64,000 nt of DNA from a virus (taxonomy: Duplodnaviria; Caudoviricetes). A model generated the notes under the pieces. It did not search any database. It saw nothing but the letters and a program-made list of their open reading frames with translations, and was not told the DNA's origin. The translations under genes were made by a program, and so were the position numbers. Shown in pieces: positions 58,813-64,000 of the stretch. The stretch is taken from positions 1,638 through 65,637 of the IMG/VR virus record IMGVR_UViG_3300025138_011172. One strand, given 5' to 3'. Positions within the stretch are counted from its first letter, which is position 1, and every line of letters begins with the position of its first letter.

Positions 58813-59382
58813 ATGAATAAATTAGTTTTAATATCTTTATTTACATCCCTAATTGGAATAGGTTTCATACCTAAAAGTAAATCTATTCTAATTTCTAAGG
58901 ATAAAGCATTAACTGTAACTGATTCTACTTATGTAGAAGAAATAGATGGTGTAGGGGGGGTTTGGGTTAAAGATACTTATATTATTAATTTAACACCTAT
59001 CAAATTAACAGATGAAGAAATAAATGCTATTAGATTAATTCAAGCATTAATTCAAGTTGAAAGTAGAGGTAAAGAAAATTGTGTTGGGGATAAACATTTA
59101 ATAATACCTTCAATAGGTGTTTTACAAATTAGACCCATAATGGTTAAAGAAGTAAACCGTATATTAAAAAGGCAAAATAAAAATAAACGCTATAAAAATA
59201 AAGATAGATATAGTAGAGTTAAATCTATTGAAATGTTTATTATATGGAGAGATTTTCACCATAAAGACCATGATAATGAAATAATAGCTCGTTGTTGGAA
59301 TGGTGGTCCTAAGGGATGGAAGCGTAAAGCAACATTACATTACTGGAATAAAGTGCAAAAAGCATTAAAGAAAATTGCATAA
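58813..59382 (+). CDS. Lysozyme-fold (SLT/i-type-like) muralytic enzyme with N-terminal TM/signal
   Basis: LIQVESRG, GVLQIRP, IARCWNGGP. Confidence 0.75.
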   Translation: MNKLVLISLFTSLIGIGFIPKSKSILISKDKALTVTDSTYVEEIDGVGGVWVKDTYIINLTPIKLTDEEINAIRLIQALIQVESRGKENCVGDKHLIIPSIGVLQIRPIMVKEVNRILKRQNKNKRYKNKDRYSRVKSIEMFIIWRDFHHKDHDNEIIARCWNGGPKGWKRKATLHYWNKVQKALKKIA

Positions 59383-59385
59383 ATA

Positions 59386-59418
59386 TTTGGCTACCGCAAA
59401 TATGGTTCGTATATTTAC
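59386..59418 (+). promoter_or_regulatory. Early/host-sigma promoter
   Basis: TTTGGCTACC..TTCGTATATTTAC then CATGTAGTTAAG. Confidence 0.8.
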
Positions 59419-59457
59419 CATGTAGTTAAGTTAAAAAATATATAAAAAATAAAGGTT

Positions 59458-60267
59458 ATGTTAAAAGTAGAAAAAAAAGTTAAAAGAGGTCGTCCAAGTA
59501 AAAAGCAAGTTGTAGGTAATGCTACAGTTAGTAAATGGAAGCCTGAATTAGTAAAAATGGATAACTTATCATTCGATAAAGATTTATTCGTTCCTATGAA
59601 AACAGGTAAAAAAATTGATTCATTACTTTCAAGCGAAGGCGGGTTAATGAAAGGTACAAATTTTGCTTTTGTTGGAGATCCAGGAGTTGGTAAATCAACA
59701 GTTATGTTAGATGTATTAGCTGATTTACAAGAAAAAGGTCAAAAATGTTTATTCATTTCTGGTGAAATGACAAGTATTGATATGTTTGGGTATGTTAAAA
59801 GATACCCAAAGTTTGGTCAATTAGATATTTTATTTATGGGTGATTATATTGAAAAAGATCCTATGGTTGTATTAAAAAGTGTATTAGCTCAAGGGTTTGA
59901 TGTTGTATTGATTGATTCAATGGCTGAAGTTTGTACTAACATTGTAGATTTTCATGGTGGTACTTTTAAAAATGCTGAGAGCCAAGTGTTAAATTTACTT
60001 GAAAAGCATAATAAAGCTGAAAATACTGCTAATAAAAATACTTCATTCATGATCATTCAACAAGTTACTAAAGGTGGTGAGTTTGCTGGTTCAAATAGAT
60101 TCAAGCACATGCTTACTGGAATGGGTCATATGAAATTCACTGAAGGCAGTAGAGTATTATTCTTTAGTAAAAATAGAAGAGGTGGTCAAATGGATAAATT
60201 ACATTTTAGCCTTGATCAGAGTAATCATGTTGGATGGTTATTCACTGAAGCAATGAATGCTGAATAA
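59458..60267 (+). CDS. RecA-fold ATPase (RadA/Sms-like) with AT-hook-like N-terminus
   Basis: GDPGVGKST, ISGE, LIDS, QVTKGGEFAGS, KNR; N-terminal KRGRPSKK. Confidence 0.8.
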   Translation: MLKVEKKVKRGRPSKKQVVGNATVSKWKPELVKMDNLSFDKDLFVPMKTGKKIDSLLSSEGGLMKGTNFAFVGDPGVGKSTVMLDVLADLQEKGQKCLFISGEMTSIDMFGYVKRYPKFGQLDILFMGDYIEKDPMVVLKSVLAQGFDVVLIDSMAEVCTNIVDFHGGTFKNAESQVLNLLEKHNKAENTANKNTSFMIIQQVTKGGEFAGSNRFKHMLTGMGHMKFTEGSRVLFFSKNRRGGQMDKLHFSLDQSNHVGWLFTEAMNAE

Positions 60268-60291
60268 AATATTAACTACACATAACCAATA

Positions 60292-60325
60292 CCCCCATTT
60301 CCTAGCGCGTAAGCGCTTTTGGGGG
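60292..60325 (+). terminator. GC-rich stem-loop (terminator or RNA stability element)
   Basis: CCCCCA..AGCGC-GTAA-GCGCT..TGGGGG with a GNRA loop. Confidence 0.55.
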
Positions 60326-60341
60326 CTGAAAAATAAAAGTT

Positions 60342-60563
60342 ATGATTAGAGAAAAACAACCACCAAAAGAAATAATAATAGATTTAACAGGCCCAGATGG
60401 TAATGCATTTGCATTAATGGGTTATGCTAAACGATTTGCTAAACAATTAGAATGGAAAGATGGAGGAGCAGCTCTTATAAACGAAATGATGGAAGGTGAC
60501 TATGAACATTTGTTAGAAGTGTTTGACAATGCTTTTGGTTCATTTGTAATACTAGAAAGATGA
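60342..60563 (+). CDS. Small phage protein
   Basis: IDLTGPDGNAFALMG motif. Confidence 0.6.
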   Translation: MIREKQPPKEIIIDLTGPDGNAFALMGYAKRFAKQLEWKDGGAALINEMMEGDYEHLLEVFDNAFGSFVILER

Positions 60564-60883
60564 ATAAAGAAGATAAAGGTAAAAAATACGCATTTAGAAC
60601 AGAACAATCAATTCCACCAAAAGATGAATATTGTCACTACTCAGGTTTACCATCACCAAGTGCATATGGTAAGGATGATATAGATTATGATGGGATGGGT
60701 AATCAAGGCAGAGTGCCTTCTAAAAAGAAAAAAATGAGACATAGAGAAGAAATAGTATTAATGTGGATTATATTAGTAATAACAGGTTTAGGAGCAATAG
60801 TATATTATCCCCCTATTTTACTAGTTGGTATAATTTTATATGCATCAATTACACTATATAATCACTACAGGTATAATAAATGA
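60560..60883 (+). CDS. Membrane protein
   Basis: Two C-terminal TM segments. Confidence 0.5.
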   Translation: MNKEDKGKKYAFRTEQSIPPKDEYCHYSGLPSPSAYGKDDIDYDGMGNQGRVPSKKKKMRHREEIVLMWIILVITGLGAIVYYPPILLVGIILYASITLYNHYRYNK

Positions 60884-61092
60884 GAAAGTTTGATATAATA
60901 AAAGATTGTGATGGTAATAAAATCCAATCAGGGGATCAAGTTCACCATAAATGTAAAATAGATGGTCAGTATAAGGAAGGTACTATCCATCATATGGTTG
61001 GTGGTTCGTTTGGAATTGGAAGTGATAGATTTAGAGCAATTTATAATTATAGTGAAGTGAAAGTTTATAGTATTAGAAAAATAAATAAATGA
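60880..61092 (+). CDS. Hypothetical protein
   Basis: 70-aa coupled ORF. Confidence 0.5.
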   Translation: MRKFDIIKDCDGNKIQSGDQVHHKCKIDGQYKEGTIHHMVGGSFGIGSDRFRAIYNYSEVKVYSIRKINK

Positions 61093-61093
61093 T

Positions 61094-61333
61094 ATGGTTA
61101 AATACATAATAGCAATATGTTTGTTAACAAGTTGTGTTAGTAAACAATTAATTTCGGATAAAGCAAGTATTGATGGTGCGTTAAAAAATCTAAATGAATT
61201 AAACAGGTGGGTTTATTATGATTATAATCATGGTAATATCAGTGATAAGACAATGAGAGAATACAATAACTTAATAGAATTGATAGAATATCAGTTAGAG
61301 GATATTAAATATAAAAAAAATAAGAAAAAATGA
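61094..61333 (+). CDS. Small putative lipoprotein
   Basis: Lipobox LTSC. Confidence 0.5.
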   Translation: MVKYIIAICLLTSCVSKQLISDKASIDGALKNLNELNRWVYYDYNHGNISDKTMREYNNLIELIEYQLEDIKYKKNKKK

Positions 61334-61638
61334 AATCATATTTAATTATTATATTATGCTCTATTAGTTTTAATTATTATTCTCAATTGATGAATCCTAC
61401 AACATTAAATATTAATTTAAATACTCCCCCGCCTAAACATAAGGTAGATTATACTGAAAATGTATTAATGGTTGTTGGTGGTTTAGGTTTTATAACAGCG
61501 GGTGTTTTGGGTAATAATAAAAATCGTCGTGATCCGTTTAATAATAAAAATGCTTTATTTTGGAGGATTAGTCCTTCTAAACTTGCTATTGTGTTAGGTA
61601 GTGGAACTATTGTGTTAGGGTTAACGATAAGATTATAA
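61330..61638 (+). CDS. Membrane protein
   Basis: Signal peptide plus two hydrophobic segments. Confidence 0.5.
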   Translation: MKSYLIIILCSISFNYYSQLMNPTTLNINLNTPPPKHKVDYTENVLMVVGGLGFITAGVLGNNKNRRDPFNNKNALFWRISPSKLAIVLGSGTIVLGLTIRL

Positions 61639-61649
61639 AAAAATAAATA

Positions 61650-62150
61650 ATGGGTACAAAAAGTAAGGTATTAGATTATATAGAAAATATTTTGGAAATA
61701 CCCAGACAGGAATATGATGGAATGCCTGCTTGCCCCTTTGCTAAGCAAGAAAGAGAATCAAATAATATCTATTTGGATGAGATAACAAGTGGTAATAGTT
61801 TCCTTAAGTGTATAGGTAAGTTTTATAAATCAAATATGAATTCAGCAGTGTTTATTCAAAATGATGATATCGAGGAAAATGAAACTAGGGCGTATCAAAA
61901 GTATTTAAATAGATTATTAAAAGAATTTAATATAAAACATTGGAAGGTGTTGTGTATTAACCCAAAGGATGAATTAGATGCTAGTGGGCTAAATGTTAGA
62001 TCATTGGCACCTTGCTTTTTAATATTAATTAATCCTAAACAACAGATAAATGATGCTCATAAGTCAATGTTAGATACAAAGTATTATGATAATATGAGTA
62101 GTAAGTATAAAAAATATTTAAACGTAATTAAAAAAGAACGTGATAGGTAG
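61650..62150 (+). CDS. Hypothetical protein (DUF1415-like CPFA motif)
   Basis: MPACPFAK. Confidence 0.5.
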   Translation: MGTKSKVLDYIENILEIPRQEYDGMPACPFAKQERESNNIYLDEITSGNSFLKCIGKFYKSNMNSAVFIQNDDIEENETRAYQKYLNRLLKEFNIKHWKVLCINPKDELDASGLNVRSLAPCFLILINPKQQINDAHKSMLDTKYYDNMSSKYKKYLNVIKKERDR

Positions 62151-62175
62151 CAAAAAAGTTCGTATATTACCAATA

Positions 62176-62215
62176 AAAATAAAATAAAATAAAATAAAAT
62201 AAAATAAAATAAAAT
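62176..62215 (+). repeat. (AAAAT)8 microsatellite in a 5' leader
   Basis: Eight perfect units between TTCGTATATTAC (62159) and AAAAGTTATG. Confidence 0.9.
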
Positions 62216-62222
62216 AAAAGTT

Positions 62223-62375
62223 ATGAGTAAAAACAGTTTAAGACAAATAGTGTTAACATTTAGTGCTTGGAGAGAGACTTTAAGCCATGTTAAAGAGAAA
62301 AAGGCTCGATTAGAGGAGAGAAAAAGGAGACAAAATAGGAAGTCAATGATTCAAAAACCTAAAAGCTCTTTTTAA
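62223..62375 (+). CDS. Small basic protein (50 aa)
   Basis: Conserved AAAAGTTATG leader. Confidence 0.5.
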   Translation: MSKNSLRQIVLTFSAWRETLSHVKEKKARLEERKRRQNRKSMIQKPKSSF

Positions 62376-62376
62376 C

Positions 62377-62607
62377 ATGAATAATGAATTTGATACGTAT
62401 ATACGAAAATTAAAGTATTATAAAGAATTGTATTTGATAGATGAAGAAGCTTATGGTGAGGGTGATGTTTATGATTTGAAGCCTGTGTTGGATGATTTTA
62501 TAAAGTATGTTGAGTTGGCTTCTAGTATTAAGAGACCGTCTCAACAAGGTAATTGGTGTGATCCGTTTTTTGTGGATCAAAAAGGAATAAAAGTTAGTGA
62601 TAAATAA
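62377..62607 (+). CDS. Hypothetical protein
   Basis: 76 aa. Confidence 0.5.
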   Translation: MNNEFDTYIRKLKYYKELYLIDEEAYGEGDVYDLKPVLDDFIKYVELASSIKRPSQQGNWCDPFFVDQKGIKVSDK

Positions 62608-62622
62608 ATAAAAATAAAAGTT

Positions 62623-63021
62623 ATGGATTTGGATTTTAGGAATATAGTTACTAGGTATTTGCAGTGTGAGATTAAAACTGAGGTTAATGATTTTGATGAG
62701 TGTGAGATGCAGTGTTATACAGAGTCTACTGCCGATGGGTATGATGTTTATGTTTTAAAGTATACTCAAGATACACTTAGTGTTTGTGAGAACATTTATT
62801 ATTATGATCATGATTTGGCAGAACAAATTATGGTTAGTATTGATGAAGATAGGATTGATTCGATTTATATTGATGAGGATTTGTATGATGACATTTATTT
62901 GGGGGATGCGTTTGAGGAGTATTTTCAAAATAATGTTGATATGATTGTTAATGATAACCCTGAATTGTTTAGCGATGAGGAAAAGTCGTTTATTAGGGAA
63001 GAATTTGAAGTGGAGATATGA
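62623..63021 (+). CDS. Highly acidic protein (possible DNA mimic)
   Basis: D/E-rich 132 aa with very few basic residues. Confidence 0.55.
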   Translation: MDLDFRNIVTRYLQCEIKTEVNDFDECEMQCYTESTADGYDVYVLKYTQDTLSVCENIYYYDHDLAEQIMVSIDEDRIDSIYIDEDLYDDIYLGDAFEEYFQNNVDMIVNDNPELFSDEEKSFIREEFEVEI

Positions 63022-63203
63022 GAAAGCTAGGTGGGTATATCAGAAAATCGAAACATAAGCGGTATGTGGAGGAGATGGTTATTGTAATGAGGGATCGTGT
63101 GTGTAAGCAGGCTGTGATGTATGGGTCTTCTGATGTTAATACTCGTAAGTTGTATCTGAAGTATAATGAGTATTTGAATAAGTTGAATAAGGAATTAAAT
63201 TAA
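63018..63203 (+). CDS. Small basic protein
   Basis: 61-aa coupled ORF. Confidence 0.45.
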   Translation: MRKLGGYIRKSKHKRYVEEMVIVMRDRVCKQAVMYGSSDVNTRKLYLKYNEYLNKLNKELN

Positions 63204-63212
63204 ATTGTGTAT

Positions 63213-63470
63213 ATGAAAACTAGAATAATAATGATAACAACGGTACTAGCTATGGGGTGCCTGGTTTGGTTACTTGGAGAGAATCGTGCTTATAAAGCGC
63301 AGTATGAAAAACAACAAGTTAAAGAAGCTGAGTTAATTGATCGGATATTTGATTTGCAATCTGAGTATGATATGTTGCTTGATGAGGCTCTTAGATTGGA
63401 GAATGAAACTCAAATATTGGGTTCTATGATTGATGAAATGGAGGTTTATATTGAGGAAAATAATGATTAG
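63213..63470 (+). CDS. TM plus coiled-coil protein
   Basis: N-terminal TM segment, heptads. Confidence 0.5.
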   Translation: MKTRIIMITTVLAMGCLVWLLGENRAYKAQYEKQQVKEAELIDRIFDLQSEYDMLLDEALRLENETQILGSMIDEMEVYIEENND

Positions 63471-63559
63471 GGATTTAGTGTTGTTATTTTGGGCTGTGTC
63501 TTTGTTTATTGTTTTGTTGGCGTGGTATAAGGGTAAATTTAAATTGTAAATTAAATGTT

Positions 63560-63757
63560 ATGGAGAATAAGTGTTATGTAATTTCGAGAGAACAAGTAAG
63601 TAATGAATTGGGTATTGAGATGGCTCATAGTGTTGGTGAGGCTAGGGAGATGCAACGTGAGAATAGAATGCATTATATTGATTCTGTTTATTTGACTTTG
63701 GGTGATTTGAGTGTGTTAAGTAAAATGGTTGAGGATAATGAGGTGTTTGGGGATTAA
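63560..63757 (+). CDS. Hypothetical protein
   Basis: Likely ATG at 63560 with GTTATG context. Confidence 0.45.
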   Translation: MENKCYVISREQVSNELGIEMAHSVGEAREMQRENRMHYIDSVYLTLGDLSVLSKMVEDNEVFGD

Positions 63758-63764
63758 GTAGGGA

Positions 63765-63844
63765 ATTAAGCGCAATGTGTGCCTATTAAGCGATATGGGT
63801 GGTAAACAATATAAGAATTAAGCGAGTATGTGAAAAATCAAGCG
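63765..63844 (+). repeat. Four iteron-like AT(T/C)AAGCG repeats
   Basis: At 63765, 63785, 63817 and 63837 (spacings 20, 32, 20) in non-coding DNA. Confidence 0.7.
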
Positions 63845-63964
63845 CGTGTTACGTGAGTTGAGATGCATTCAACGTTAACCCCTTGAGCCATCAATCCACC
63901 CCTTTTTAACTTACCTTAAAAATATATATGAACAATGCGCTGTTCACGCCTCTCCGCGAGGGGG

Positions 63965-63997
63965 GTTGGCTACCGCAGGAAGCGTTCGTATATTTAT
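63965..63997 (+). promoter_or_regulatory. Early/host-sigma promoter
   Basis: TTGGCTACC..TTCGTATATTTAT. Confidence 0.78.
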
Positions 63998-64000
63998 GGC

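Noticed and set aside
61094-63470. Spanin pair (lipoprotein 61094 plus TM/coiled-coil 63213)
   Set aside because: The genes are neither adjacent nor nested and lie in an early-type region; evidence is too weak
44115-63997. Repeated TTGG..TTCGTATATT motif as a CRISPR array or attC-like cassette sites
   Set aside because: Copies are dispersed at irregular distances, each sits upstream of an ORF with a fixed 15-nt internal spacer, and they fit a bipartite promoter; no cas operon or integrase is seen
1-64000. Stop-codon reassignment, tRNA or rRNA genes
   Set aside because: Genes are full-length and densely packed under the standard code with TAA, TAG and TGA all used as stops; no cloverleaf or rRNA-like segment was recognised by eye (tRNAscan-SE would confirm)

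Overview
AT-rich, gene-dense window with essentially all genes on the + strand. It is best read as part of a large lytic dsDNA phage genome. A Bacteroidota (probably Flavobacteriia) host is inferred from Bacteroidota-type TTTG..TAnnTTT promoters, A-rich leaders without Shine-Dalgarno sequences and a T9SS C-terminal sorting domain. From left to right: (1) the end of a queE-like gene; (2) fibre/adhesin-like structural genes followed by a GT9-like glycosyltransferase and a sulfotransferase; (3) a nucleotide/replication block with a thermonuclease, Hpt, FolE2, a MazG-like NTP pyrophosphatase, a family B DNA polymerase split into two genes around an 86-aa ORF, sliding clamp, Hsp20/GroES/GroEL, clamp loader, a DUF1599-like protein and a PD-(D/E)XK nuclease; (4) a ~20 kb glycan-biosynthesis island with GT2/GT4/GT29-like enzymes, two cytidylyltransferases, aldolases, an aminotransferase, Gmd, methyltransferases and a sulfotransferase; (5) an early-type region of small ORFs behind repeated TTGG-N15-TTCGTATATT promoters, interrupted by genes preceded by TATTTATA, including a T9SS-cargo/beta-barrel cassette; (6) a G/T-skewed tract ending in iteron-like repeats. 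The strongest candidates for new biology are a possible pre-replicative 7-deazaguanine DNA pathway around the split polymerase, a virion glycosylation/sulfation system, a phage-encoded T9SS cargo cassette and several RNA structures. All product calls come from motif recognition by eye; no database search was run.
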